In this document: in pieces, positions 37,482 to 51,023 of the stretch
Numbering within the stretch: the first letter of the stretch is position 1
How the letters are laid out: every line of letters starts with the position of its first letter
DNA from: Octopus sinensis
Taxonomy: Eukaryota
Reading direction: 5' to 3'
NCBI RefSeq assembly: GCF_006345805.1
Contig: NC_042999.1
Location: 142,662,001 to 142,726,000, forward strand
DNA length: 64,000 nucleotides
Translations under genes and position numbers: made by a program
The notes under the pieces: model-generated
What the model was told of the DNA's origin: nothing
Seen by the model: the letters and a program-made list of their open reading frames with translations, nothing else
The model's database searches: none

Positions 37482-37544
37482 ATCAAAGAAACTAATTTCT
37501 GAAAATACACAATTGGGAAATGTTGCAGAGTAGTCTATAGAGAA

Positions 37545-40500
37545 TGAAATTTGCGAAAAGACGTGAAAGATATGGAAAGACACTTGAAACCTGACAGATT
37601 GAATGTAGACCCAAATTTTACAAATGCTGATAAAACTTTTAATCACTGGTTTAGAATTTTCACTAACTTTATAAACTCACTACCAGGGCAGGAAGGTAGG
37701 ATTATCGATAAATTCAATCTTTTGATTAATTATGTAGAACCGAACGTATACGAATTCATCAGCGAAGTTAAAGACAAAGAACAAGCTGTGAATACACTAA
37801 AGAGTGTACATTAAACCACAGAACATCGTAATGGCACACCATCTTTTAGCCACAAGAAAACAGAAACCAGGGGAATTTCTAGACCAGTTCTTAAACGAAC
37901 TCAAAATATTAGAGAAAGACTGTGATTTTGTTGCAGTGAGTGCTGAGCAGTACCGGTCTGAAATGATTCGAGAATCATTTATAAATGGACTCACTTCGAA
38001 TCAAATACGACAAAGACTATTAGAAAACAAAAGTGTCGACCTCAGTACAGCTTATGATCAAGCACGTTCACTAGATGTGGCGCAACAGAGTTCCAGTGTC
38101 TTTCTAAACTCTGAGGGTGCCAACTTCAGTCCAACTGCACCCATTGTAGCTAAGCCAATAGATTCCTTAAAGCAGGAAGGAAAACACTCTGCCGCGACCC
38201 GAAAAGGAGACCCCTCGCAATGTTGGTTTTGTGGATATTCCAGACACCCGCGGACTCACTGCCTTGCGCGGAAAGCAGTCTGTCACAAATGCCAAAAAAA
38301 TAGGGCATTTTGGAAAACTATGTAGGAGCAACGCAGCAACTGTAACACAGGATGATGGTAAATATGATTTACCTTCCGAGTAACCTCCATGGTTATACTG
38401 AACAATAGCTATAAAGCCGAAGCATTAATTGATAGCGGTAGCACTGACAAGACCTCCATCAGTGAAAAGCTAGTGAACACACTCAACATCAAGCCGGTCA
38501 AATTGAAGAACGTCATTGGTATGGCTTCTGCATCTCTTTCTGCGGAATCCAAGGGCTACTGCACTGTTTCACTAACAATGACTAATCAGAAATACTACCA
38601 TTTGAGACTGTTACGTGCTCAGAAACTTGTGTACTGACCTAATTCTGGGTACTGACTTCCAAGAACGGCATGAAAGTATTACCATACAATACGGAGAACA
38701 GAGACCACCATTAACATTTACTGCGCTAAAAGCTATGAAAACTGATTCTCCAAAGCTATTCGCTCATCTCAGAGAGGACTGTAAAACCTATTGTAGCCAA
38801 ATCGCGAAAATACTCGGAACGTGATTGAGAGTTCATCAGGACAGAAGTACGCCGCTTAGCAGATGCGAACATTATTGAACCTAGCAACACCCCTTGGAGA
38901 TCGCAAATGTTAGTAGTTCAAGAAAAAAAAAGCGAAGAATGGTGATTGACTACTCAGAGACGATTAACAAATATACACAGCCTGATACCTACCCCCTTCC
39001 TAAAATTGATGAGTTAGTGAACACTATCGCCAAGTACAAAGTCTACAGTACTATAGACTTACGTTCGGCATACTATCAGATTCCTCTATCAGAGAAAGAC
39101 CGTCAATTCACTGCCTTTGAAACTGATGGTAAACTGTGGCATTACACTAGGATGCCATTTGGAGTAACTAACGGCAGCGCATGTTTCCAACGTATAATGG
39201 ACGACTTCGTGAGTAAATACAAGCTACGAGATACGTTCCCATTCATAAACAATTTAACCATATGTGGGAAAGATCAAAATGGCCGCGATAAAACTTAGAA
39301 AAATTTGAAATGGCAGCAAAAAGTGAAGGGTTTACCCTGAATGAAGACAAATGCGTTTACTCAACAACAACTCTTGACTTTCTTGGATACCGTATCTCAC
39401 ACAATACCCTCAGCCCTGACCCAGAAAGGCTTGCTCCACTCAATCTTCCTACGCCAACTGACCAGAAATCATTAAAACGTATAGTCGGTATGTTTTCTTA
39501 TTATGTTAAGTGGATCTCCAAATTTTCTGACAAATTATATCCTCTAAATTACGTATTACAATTTCCTCTAAACAGCCAACAAGTAAAAGCATTTGAGTCA
39601 TTAAAAGTAGAACTAGCCAATGCTGCCATTCAAGTAATAGATGAGAACATTCCATTTACTGTTGAGACGGATGCTTCGGATTTTGTCATATCTGCAACAC
39701 TAAATCAAGATGGAAGACCAGTCGCATTCCATTCTCGCACGCTGCAAGGTAGCTCCTCAGTTGAAAAGGAAACACAAGCAATTATCGAATCAATTCATTA
39801 TTGGATACACTCTCTTCTAGGTAGACAGTTTACATTAATTACTGATCAACGTTCTGTTGCATTCATGTATAATTATAAAGCGACGAACAAAATTAAAAAT
39901 GATAAAATTATGAGCTGGCGCATTGCGTTAACTCCATGCTCATATGAAACCACAATATTATAAACCAGACTCAGTTAACTTAATTAAGGCCATGCAGCTC
40001 TTCGAGCGAATTTCCATCGATTTCAAAGGTCCGATTTCTTCCACGAAGCATCCTTATCTCCTAACAATTGTTGACGAATATTCTCGGTTTCCGTTTGGTT
40101 ATCCAGTATCAGACATATCAGCTCAGACTGTAATAAAGTGTCTTACAGACATGTTCTCAGTTTTTGTTATGCCCAGTTATATACATTCAGATCGTGGAAC
40201 TGCCTTTATGTCGACAAGATTGAGAGAATGGCTCCTCAGTAAGGGCATTGCAACGAGTAGGACGACACTGAAAACAGTCAAGTAGAAAGATATAATGATA
40301 TTATTAGAAGTCAGTACTATTCTCTTTGAAAACGCGTGCCCTTCCAGTATCTTCATGGGAAACAGTTCTTCCAGACACGTTGCATTCAATCAGATCTCTG
40401 CTAACGCCGCTCCACTAACGCCACTCCTCATGAACGTCTTTTTAACTATCAAAGACGTTCAGGAACAAGAACATCTATGCCAACATGGCTTCTTAATCCA

Positions 40501-40640
40501 GGACCTGCGCTTGTTCAAAGGAACAATCGCACTAACGAGTATGATCCTATCGTGGACCAAGTTGATTTAATCGAAGCCAACCCCCAATACGCTCACGTCC
40601 GTTACCGAGACGGTCGCGAAACCACAGTATCTACAAAACA
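37545..40640 (+). pseudogene. gag-pol (gag CCHC, protease, RT, RNase H, integrase), disrupted
   Basis: CWFCGYSRHPRTHC, ALIDSGST, RMVIDY, IDLRSAYYQIPL, MPFG, TDASD, FERISIDFKGP and IHSDRG in Gypsy order. The integrase HHCC region appears deleted near 39960. Multiple frameshifts. Confidence 0.92.
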
Positions 40641-40794
40641 ATTGACATAACCCAAACATTTGTCCCTCAAGAGCCAGACAGAGAGCCAACTGAAATTTCT
40701 CCTCCTCCTAGAGATAACAAAAAGCTGCATCGATCACTAAGGATTCGGAAAGACCCGGAAAGGCTTGATCTTTCTTTTACTAGGAGGGAGTGAA

Positions 40795-40933
40795 TGTTAT
40801 GCAAATAACGTTGATATAAAGAGCATGCGCATTTAATTGGAAGAGGAAGAGAGAACGGCCATTCGGAATAACATACAGGACTATAACTACAAATTAGTTT
40901 CTTTGAACCAGGATTTACTGGTAATACATGACA
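40795..40933 (+). repeat. 3' LTR
   Basis: Copy of 37343-37481, directly after the polypurine tract. Confidence 0.92.
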
Positions 40934-42879
40934 TAATGTTAACATTATCCTGAAGTTTACTGGAGATATACCCTTGTGTAGCTTATTACAGGGTTTTCAA
41001 GGTATTCCTATTCAAAATTTTGAGTTACTCTTGCCCATCAGTTCTGAAATTGCTAGGAAAAAAAATCACCGAAGAGTGAGTACTTCTTGAGGTGTTCACA
41101 ATCAACTCATAGAATGTTGTTCTATTAGTTTTTGATCACTTGGGTTGATGTATTACTTTTGCTGCTGTTATTTAGCAGATACAACACACTCAAAGGATGC
41201 CCAACTGATACTATGCTTCTTCCTCCTGTCTTCGTCTGAAATAGATTTTGCCAATATCATTGTTTCTGTTGACGCTTCCTGTTGATAGCAGAATCTTGCA
41301 AGTTTTAATTTCTACGGAGATTTCCCCTACAGACCTATCAAATATACCAAAAGTTTTTATTGGTATTGGAAGTAATAATGCACAGTGGAATACTGTCTTG
41401 TAAATGGAAGCTCCTGCTGCGATATTTTAAAAAATCTGGAATAATATTCATTAGTCACTATGCAAGGTACATTTTCCCCCGCACTTTGCATAATATATTT
41501 TTCTCAATACTAATAAAGCATTCGTTATGTGGAAAGAGATAGAGATCCCATTGAGGTAATAATTTGGAGTAAGGGAAGCAGTTTTATTCGCGTTCAACTA
41601 TCAAATATGAAAATTACTTTTGGCCAAATTCCATCCCTACATTCACTAATAATCTTACTAAATACAACTATCCCACAATATTGTAAATATTTCTGGAGGA
41701 GATCTTTAGATCGTCTACAAGTAATCTGTGGGGTACATTGGCATCTCTGGCTGTTATAGACTCAGGATGTCATAGGCCCATTAGATTTTATTATTAAAAT
41801 GACAGTAGACCAACTACAAAAAATAAACAGAGGTATAGTCAAATTGTTTCCTTATTATATATACTCTTCATATATTTATTAAATAGGAGATAATCGTTCC
41901 ACTTCTAGTTACAATTGTGAGAATTGTTGACCAAGTCTTCACGGACCTTTCCAATGGCAACAACAAAGGCAACAAGTACTGCTACTAAGTACAGCAAGTT
42001 CTGTATTGAAGCCATACTGTCATAAGATGTCGTAAGATGTCAAGAATAAAAAAGTTTTTTTTTTAACTTCAGACAGCACTGTTTATTTATCCAAATATTT
42101 TCGGCACATTTTTACACTTCTTTCCTTTCATCTACCTCCTTACCAGTCAGTCACTCTGCTGTTAGCTTTGCAACAGTCTTTGAGGAATTGGCTGTAATAG
42201 CCTGTTTAAAGTTTTTGCAATGGGCCCATACTTATATTATTATTTTTTTTTTTGCTAAGACAGTGTTTTTATTTTTGGTTACAAGATTTATTTGTGCAAT
42301 GACAATGCAACTTTGAACATCAATTTGCCTTTCCATAATTCTTTCGAATTACATATATGAATATTCTTTTCTGTTTTTTTTTTTATTATTCGAAGTCTTC
42401 CTGTGAGAAAAGAGCTGCTTTCTAATAAAAAATACAATGCTCGATCGTTGGAATATAGATATCAAAAACGAATTCTCATTTTAAACATGAGAAAAGTCAT
42501 ATATAATTTTACTGTTCTGCTTACAGATTGTATTTCTAATGTGAATATTAGCTTGTTAATATCTTTTTCTGAAAACCCCAGCCTTTCAAAATTGTCGTAT
42601 GTATGTATGTATGTATGTATGTATGTATGTATGTATGTATGTATGTATGTCCGGACTAGACTACTTCATGCGCAACTCCATTGTCTCCCGAGACAGAAAG
42701 GATGCCAATACAATACAATGTATGTATGTATGTATGTATGTATGTATGTATGTATGTATGTATGTATGCATGAATGTATGTATGTGTGTATGTATGTATG
42801 TTTATGTGCAGATTTATATGTTTTGTTTTATGTATGTCTTCTCATGCGTGTACTTGCATATCTAGACATGTTCATATAT

Positions 42880-44360
42880 ACTTAAATGATAAACTTCTGG
42901 AAAGTTTTACAGATTTCTATACTTACAGTGATGGATTGGATCTGTAATCTTTGTATCAGCTTTCTCCTTTCTGCTTTTGAGAAGCCTAATCTCTCAAGAT
43001 TGGTATTTAGGCTGTGAGTTAGATATCTCAGTGCCCCAATAGTTACAGGTATAACCCTGAACTTGTAATCTAGATAGAGTAACTGCAGATTTTTCAACAG
43101 TTCAGCGTAGGTGTTCTCTTTTTGACTGATCTTCTGCTTAATGTTAACATCCGCTGAGCAATTGATTTCCACGACTGTACAGTTTCTCTTCCCTATTCCA
43201 AATTCTTATATCAGGTCTCTTGTTTTTACACTTTATTGGGGGTTTCACTTGGACATTCCACCAGTACTCCTTTTTATCATGGCTTCCATCATACTGTGGG
43301 CTCTTATTTCTTTGTCCTCGGGTTTATCCTTTTGAAGGATCTCGTTATACAATATCCTAGCTACAACATCGAATCTAGGACGTTTACTCCCCATGACAAT
43401 AATCCCCCAAGGACAATTACTCCTGAGGACAAGAGATGATGATGTAAAACTTCTTAATATATTGGAGAGGGGGTAATTAACCAAGGGGCGGGGTAATTGT
43501 CCTAGGGGTACATGTCGTCTGGGGAATTGTCCTATGGGTGTTAATTGTCCTAGGGGGTAATTGTCCTGATACGACAACATCATGTTTCATCGGTAGATAC
43601 TACCGCGATGACATTTTTAGACAACTGCTTATGATATCGGTGAGATCTTCGGTGTTAACTCCACAAAGTCTGCATCAGTTTCGCATTTTACTGCTTTTCC
43701 TGCATCTCTGTCCTTTTTGTGCATCAGGTACTTGGTTGATATTTCCTGTTCTTGGGTTGCAAACACACACCTTTCAAAGTTGGAGGAAGCAATCCGGTTG
43801 TTGGTACATGATAGACTGCTTTGGTGATCAATGTTACTATCATCTCGCAGCTTTCTACTAACATATCCATGCCAAAGTCTTCTGCTCATACAGGCTCATC
43901 CCCAAACTCCCTTCTTTCCAGCTGCTTGTTCTGCTGTGGTGATGTTATTGCTTTCACAATGGTCTTGGAGGAAGATTTTTGCCATGTGGGTGGTTCTGCA
44001 TTTGGGGATCAATTTTGTCTCTGCCAGAGATAACCAATGTAGTATGCTACCGTTCCCATTGAGAGCTTGCTGGAACAAGTTGATAAGATATGGTTGGTAT
44101 GTTAACTTCTTTTAACCATATCCAACAATCAAGTCTCTTCCAGGTGCTTTTCTATCCTGAAGTTTCTGGATCACAGTTACAAGGGTATCACCATCAATGC
44201 TATGTCTGGGTGTAATGCAGGGACAATAACTTCTTCGGATTTCTTCTAGCCACAGAGAATCTTGGTTAAACTCTATCTCTTCACTCCAGATTTTCCTCCA
44301 GAAGGAGTCTATGTCTTCTCGTGAAGGAGCTTCCGTGATGTTCACTGCTTCTCCTCCCAT
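42880..44360 (-). pseudogene. R4-type LINE remnant (RT N-terminus and RLE C-terminus)
   Basis: KLQDRKAPGRDLIVGY, WLSLAETKLIPK and EINCSADVNIKQKISQKENTYAELL...VIPVTIGAL. Confidence 0.65.
43397..43570. mobile_element. Small MITE-like insertion with repeated subterminal motif
   Basis: Left aggacaattactcc against four right-hand taattgtcct/gaattgtcct copies in inverted orientation; no TSD confirmed. Confidence 0.45.
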
Positions 44361-44777
44361 GTATGTATGTATGTATGTATGTATGTATGTATGTATGTAT
44401 GTATGTATGTATGTATGTATGTATGTATGTGTGTATGTATTGTGTGAGTATGTATGCACACACGTGTATGTGTGTATGTATGCATGTATTATTAAAAGTG
44501 CAATAATCTAATCTAGAGAAACATAGCCGATTGAATTAGTCGGGTGCTGTGCTATTAATTTCTGGAGCTATATTGTATCTATGATTTGACTCATATCAGA
44601 GCAATTATAACCCGCAATAAAATAAGTGTCATTAGTCATAAATAAAGATAGCATGTTTGGGTAGCTTCCCCAGCTGAATTTGAATTCTCCTTTGTGTTTA
44701 GATAGGATGAAAAGGAATGGATTCCACCTTACTCGTTTGTTTTTTCAAGTTTATGTAAATTACGATTAGGAAAGTAG

Positions 44778-44852
<75 letters not shown>

Positions 44853-44871
44853 CAACAACAACAACAACAAC

Positions 44872-44902
<31 letters not shown>

Positions 44903-45461
44903 GTGGTATCATGGACAGTACGAAGGTCAGTGGGGACAGGCAGTCCCCTTGGAAGATGCCTCTCTTGTTTTCTATTGTTCCTAAGCTTCTTCCATATGCT
45001 GTCAGTTCCGTCCTCCACTTCGCCATACTTTTTCATGTATGTATGTATGTATGTATGTATGTATGTATGTATGTATGTATGTATGTATGTATGTATGTAT
45101 GTATGTATGTATGTATGTGTGTATGTATTGTGTGAGTATGTATGCACACACGTGTATGTATGTATGCATGTATTATTAAAAGTGCAATAATCTAATCTAG
45201 AGAAACATAGCCGATTGAATTAGTCGGGTGCTGTGCTATTAATTTCTGGAGCTATATTGTATCTATGATTTGACTCATATCAGAGCAATTATAACCCGCA
45301 ATAAAATAAGTGTCATTAGTCATAAATAAAGATAGCATGTTTGGGTAGCTTCCCCAGCTGAATTTGAATTCTCCTTTGTGTTTAGATAGGATGAAAAGGA
45401 ATGGATTCCACCTTACTCGTTTGTTTTTTCAAGTTTATGTAAATTACGATTAGGAAAGTAG

Positions 45462-45505
<44 letters not shown>

Positions 45506-45515
45506 TAATAATAAT

Positions 45516-45579
<64 letters not shown>

Positions 45580-45711
45580 GTGGTATCATGGACAGTACGA
45601 AGGTCAGTGGGGACAGGCAGTCCCCTTGGAAGATGCCTCTCTTGTTTTCTATTGTTCCTAAGCTTCTTCCATATGCTGTCAGTTCCGTCCTCCACTTCGC
45701 CATACTTTTTC
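44360..45711. repeat. ~680-bp tandem duplication
   Basis: (TATG)n-unique-(AAT/AAC)n-RT fragment block at ~44360-45034 and 45035-45711; unique parts appear identical and microsatellite lengths differ. Confidence 0.9.
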
Positions 45712-45975
45712 CAAGCAATCGTTCAACATTCGATTCAATACCAAATAGGTTCGTATATTCCATAATAATAGCAAGTGGTTTAGTTTTCTCCTATCTTTTC
45801 CCAGATCATACCCCAACTTTGTTTTCTGTAGTATTTCACTCAAGGGAATCATTCCTAGCACAAAGATCAGTGACGACACACTGTCCTCCTGGAAGATTCC
45901 TCTCTTGATTTTCACCTCTCCTAATTTTTGATTCCCTGCTGTCAATTCCGTTCTCCAAGATTTCAAACTGTTTCA
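45580..45975 (-). pseudogene. R4/Dong RT fragments
   Basis: KRGIFQGDCLSPLTFVLSMIPL and KRGIFQEDSVSSLIFVLGMIPL...NHLL. Confidence 0.75.
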
Positions 45976-46016
45976 ATTCCGATCGCCAACATTTCATACT
46001 GCTATTATTATTATTA

Positions 46017-46056
<40 letters not shown>

Positions 46057-46132
46057 GATATTGTTGTTGCTGTTGTTGTTTTTGTTGTTGTTGTTTTTGT
46101 TGTTTTTGTTGTCGTCATCGTCATTGTTGTTA

Positions 46133-46345
46133 GGGCGGTGAGCTGGCAGAATCGTTAGCACACCGGGCGAAATGCTTAGCGGCATTTCATTCGTCTTCAA
46201 ATTCTGAGTTCAAATTCCGCCGGGGTCGAATTTGTCTTTCATCCTTCGGGGTCGATAAAATAAGTACCAGTTTAGCACTGGCGCCGATGTAATCGACTAG
46301 ACTCCTACCCCAAATTTCAGGCCTTGTTCCAAAATTTGAAACCGT
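46133..46345 (+). mobile_element. SINE family B
   Basis: ggcggtgagctggcagaatcgttagcac head; same body as the 24721 copy. Confidence 0.85.
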
Positions 46346-46364
46346 TATTATTATCATTATTACT

Positions 46365-46830
46365 ATTGAGTGAGAGAGCAATGTATTCCATCAAAGTGAT
46401 ACTGGAGTAAAATATACGAAGCCCTGTATACCCATCATGGCTACCTGTCTGATAAGGGTACACTAGGCTCGTGCATCACAACCATATGTGTGTGACATGG
46501 TGATCTCATATCAAAATAAACAGTGCATGACCTTGCAGGTGGGACCCAGTCAGAATTTTCTTCAGATCGAGTAGCCCATTCCACTCAAAAGGTCTCTGAA
46601 TAAGGGTCGTTTAAGGATGTTGAACGAAACACCCATGTTTCCATAGGTAGATTATCCAAATCCCAAAGAATTCCTCTCAACACATGGCTATGATGCTCCT
46701 CCACTACTTTTGCTCGTGATCAGCGCTACCAAGAGACATACTCAACTGGTTAAGGATAAACAACTGACAAGCAAATCTGTGGTATTGAGCAGAATATTTG
46801 CTGTAGCCCATCTTTTATACCAAAACAAAA
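46365..46830 (+). mobile_element. Unclassified interspersed repeat (family D), second copy
   Basis: Inverted homolog of 29945-30280. Confidence 0.6.
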
Positions 46831-46884
46831 CAATGTACATGATAACACTTCCAATCAATTAAGATCAAAAGTATTATTATTTAT

Positions 46885-47143
46885 TGTAACATAATTTGTT
46901 ACGTACAATAAATAAGATAATAAGACAAGAGTAACAACAATGTAACAAACACACAAATCCCTATACCAACCAACAATCAATATTCTTTGGGAACTAACCA
47001 GCCGACATCTGACTTCACTGCAAACTAACACGAACTTCACTCGACTCCGAACTCTGAACCTTGAACTCACTCGAATCGTAACCAGTTATACTTTACTCGG
47101 ACCAGTCTACCTCTTGCAAGGGGGTGTTGTAACTCTCATCACA
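46885..47143. mobile_element. Candidate solo LTR
   Basis: TGT...ACA termini with TTAT on both sides, but the flanks are low complexity and there is no second copy in the window. Confidence 0.35.
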
Positions 47144-47160
47144 TTATTATTGTTATTATC

Positions 47161-47480
47161 AAGGTAGCGAGCTGGCAGAATCGTTAGCACGTTGGACGGA
47201 ATGCTACGTTCTGAGTTCAAATTCCGCCGAGGTCTACTTTGCCTTTCATCCTTTCGGGGTCGATTAGATAAGTACCAGTTACGCACTGAGGTCGATATAA
47301 TCGGCTTAATCCATTTGTCTGTCCTTGTTTGTCCTCTCTGTGTTTAGCCCCTTGTGGGTAGTAAAGAAATAGGTATTTCACCCATCGCTGCGTTCTAAGT
47401 TCAAATTCCGTCGAGGAAGGGTCGATATAATCGACTAGTCTCCTGCCCAGAATTTCAGTCCTTGTGCCTATAGCAGAAAC
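47161..47480 (+). mobile_element. SINE family B (composite form)
   Basis: Same motif set as 24721-25100. Confidence 0.8.
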
Positions 47481-48617
47481 GATCATCATCATCATCATGA
47501 TCATCATTATCATTACAGTAGGTTTTCAAAACTGTGGTGAGTAGGTCTTTCAAGCAGCCGGTCTCCGTATTCGTCACAAAAAATATTCACTAAATTGTAA
47601 GAAAGAATAGTAATATAATACAGGTAGAAATAATATTTTATTATTCAAAACTAGGGACTCCATAGATCATAGATGAGCAATCACTACGGAGTAATGGCAG
47701 GCTACTAATGAGCTGAGTTTGCAGTGTATGTTCCATTCTTGTTTGAATCACTGTAGCCAGTGAATGGAGTTATCGATCGCTCTATTAAACGCAATTTCTA
47801 AAGTTACGAATTACTTTCACGGCGTAAAATGAAATAGCAAGCAGTTAGAAGACACATTGAAAAGCTTCCATTGTGATTATGCAACTAGGATGTCTCAATT
47901 ACCAAGAATAATTTGAAAAGTTAGAATTTGACATCGTTGCATTATTGAAGATAAAGAAATATGCAGGGAAGGAATATTTCTTTACTGACACGACAGTAAG
48001 AAATAAGATGATTCTTAATAGGCACTCAATGTTGAAGTCTTCAACTTGAGAAACATTGAGAGGACTGAGGTTCATTGTGTTCGTGACATCTGTAACTATT
48101 TGAATGACTTTAATTGTAAAGGTTTTTGTATCTATCAATTTGAGAATTGCCTTGACATATGGAAGTAGTGAAATATTGTAAGCTCCCCATCACTCAAAGT
48201 CTCTGTCTCTGTCTGTATGTCTGTCTCCTCTTTTTTCCTCTCTTTATCTATTTATCAGCTTGTATTTCTGGTAGAACAGGCCATATCTCTATACTTGTCA
48301 TCAAACACAACTGCATCCACAACAATAATAAGTAAAGCAATAGTCTATGCCAGGCTTCTATAGAAAAGTGCTATCTAACAAACACTAATGACCAATTAAC
48401 AAGCAGGAAGTAGTCCTCGAATTCAGCACGACAAAGCGTGATCTAAGAACTTGAAGACACCAAGAAGTTAATGCAACTACATATGCTGTACATACCAATA
48501 CTTCCGAGACTACATTCTACTCATAGCTATGAAAGAATATTGTAAGGAACTAACTAGTCACCTACAATGCTGCTATCCATCCTCGTTGCGACATATAGCA
48601 TAATATGAAAGCATCTT

Positions 48618-48815
48618 AAGGCGACGAGCTGACATAATCGTTAGCATGCCGGGCAACTGGCTTAGTGGCATTTCATCTGTCCTTACGTTCTAAGTTCAAA
48701 TTCCACCGAGGTCGACTTTTCCTTTCATCCTTTCGGGGTCGACAAAATAAGTACCAGTCGACTTATTTCGCCCCACCCCTGCACCGAAATTACTGGCCTT
48801 GTGCCAAAATTTGAA
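48618..48815 (+). mobile_element. SINE family B
   Basis: aaggcgacgagctg head, gtcgactttt...ggggtcgac body. Confidence 0.8.
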
Positions 48816-49489
48816 ATTGTTATTAAAGCATCTTTTTTTATCTCTAAAATTCAATTTGATAGTCCAAAAATATATTAATCTTTTAAATAAACTAATTTTA
48901 TTCAATGTATTATATGCAATTTTCGCCTACATGAATATTACTCCGTATTAGACCATCTTGATAACCTCGCTCGGAGTTCGCAAAAAAGATCATGATGCTT
49001 ACACCCTAACCACTAAGCCACGCACCTCCACAAATTGTAAAATTAGTTGCCAAAAAATCATGAAATAAGAAAATTTTACTTTCTACATTATCAATTTACC
49101 ACCCACTATTTTAGATAATGAAATTTTTGTAATTTTTGTAAATTTCCAATTTTCAAAGAAAAGATTCTTTGTTTAAAATTAGCGTTTATTAAAGAAATAC
49201 AATAATAAAATGTTCTATTTCCAAATTCTTGGCCTATCTTAGCAGTCAGACTATTAATAACTTTGCGTTTATGTGTGTGTGTGTGTATGTGTGTGTGTGT
49301 ATTGGTCAATTAAAGAAATAGTTCAATATGTCGAGTAGCATATTTCTGTAAATATTGTTTTCAAATTATAAAATAAAAAATCATAAAATTTTTCATCAGA
49401 TTTTGAGATAATGATTTCGGTAATAACTGTTTTCACTGTCTCTTCCTTCAGGTCAGAGATGTATCTACTAAAGACTTAGCTAATGTTTT

Positions 49490-50450
49490 CTACATTTATC
49501 ACTACCGTCTGATAAATAGTACAATAAAATAAAGAGCTAATGGTTGGTGTGTAAATTTAAAAGGAAAGATCTTGTACCAATTACGGAATCATACTATAAT
49601 TTGAAAATGGATGAAAGCACCATCATAACTAATCATAAACAGCTTCTTTGTTATTTTGTTTCCCATGTGCTTCTGACACTATACAGAATATAGTTGAATA
49701 TTATCTATTTTGCATTGAAAATAGTGAGGATATCACTAGAAAAACTGTTTTCAATAAGATTGATGATTTCCTTGTTCAAGTTAAAATTCCCTGGGATAAA
49801 TGCGTTTCCTCAACCACTGATGGGACTGCGACAATGATGAATATTCTATCAGGAGCAGTGAATGCACGTGAACATGTTTTTTTTCTTCCATATGCTTCAG
49901 TACGCACACCATTATTCATAGAAAAACAGATTGGAAAAACACAAACTCGACTTAAGAGTCGACTTAAAAGAAATATGTTGATGTAACGTGTGCCAGTTAT
50001 ATAAAAATTCTATTCAAAATATCCCGATGTTTCAAAGCCTTTGTAAAGGAATGAATGTCAAATGCACACTTTTGTTACTGCTTTCTCTAGTTCGGTGCTT
50101 TCGGGGGCGAAATCCATGGTTCGGTTTTTCAAATTTCGTAAGGAAATCATCGTATGTCTCATCAAAATGAAGATTAACTTTGTCGCTTTCTCTGATAACT
50201 CAAAGAAGCCCATCACATTGCGGTTATATGGCTTCTATATTTGAACATTTAAACTGTTTTTACTACAAGAAAAAGATTATAGCACTTTTATTTTCAATTA
50301 GCAAAATCCGAGGACTTCATATTCTGTTAATGCCTGGAGAAGAAAGTGTCAAAAGAAAAAAGCAGGTTTTCAGTCTTCGCTCTATGCTGACGGGTTTGAA
50401 TCAAATTTTAAAAACTACAGCTGCATTATAGACAATACCATTAATCATCC
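49490..50450 (+). pseudogene. hAT (Charlie/Buster-type) transposase remnant
   Basis: MDEST, IPWDKCVSSTTDGTATM (W.KC...TDGA.AM motif) and downstream LC..M....LLL and F..R.EI motifs. Confidence 0.7.
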
Positions 50451-51023
50451 TTGCTTTTTAAATTTTTATACCCAAAAATACTTCTTACAGCGGAATACAA
50501 ATCACTTGAAAAATTAAGCTGAGCGTTAAATCCATTTGATGCAGTTGATACGGTAAGTATTCTTAATGAGGCAAAAATTCAACCTCTGCAGTCAAACGTT
50601 GACTTGGTGCGAAAATTAAAATTCTTAACGTGATGTTCAATAAAGTGATCAAAATGAAAAGAAAAAGCTGGTTACTGAAGCTTTGAAAATCCTTGTTCGA
50701 TTTTCCAACACATATCTCTGCCAGAAGGTATTCTCTGTAACAATGACTCGAACAAAAAGCAAAGCAAGCAATCAACTTCGCAAGTTGGACGTACTAAAGA
50801 AAGGCACACTATCTTCGCTTTCGTTACTATTAAAGAATTCCATGAAACAACTGCAAAAGTAACCTAACCAATAAATTATAACAAGAATAAATTATAACGA
50901 GTCTTGAGATATAAGATTAGATTCTTCATGGCATTTTATGGAGTGCTATTTCTGTCTGCTTTTCTTTTATGGAGTGGTATAGTTTTTTTGTTTTTTTTCA
51001 ATAAAGTAAAATGAAAAGCTGTA

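Larger units (their letters stand above)
37343..40933 (+). mobile_element. Ty3/Gypsy LTR retrotransposon with 139-bp LTRs
   Basis: LTRs at 37343-37481 and 40795-40933, both TG...CA, with 11 substitutions by manual alignment (~8%). PPT aggagggagtgaa at 40782-40794. TSD caatg/taatg (4/5 match). Confidence 0.93.
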
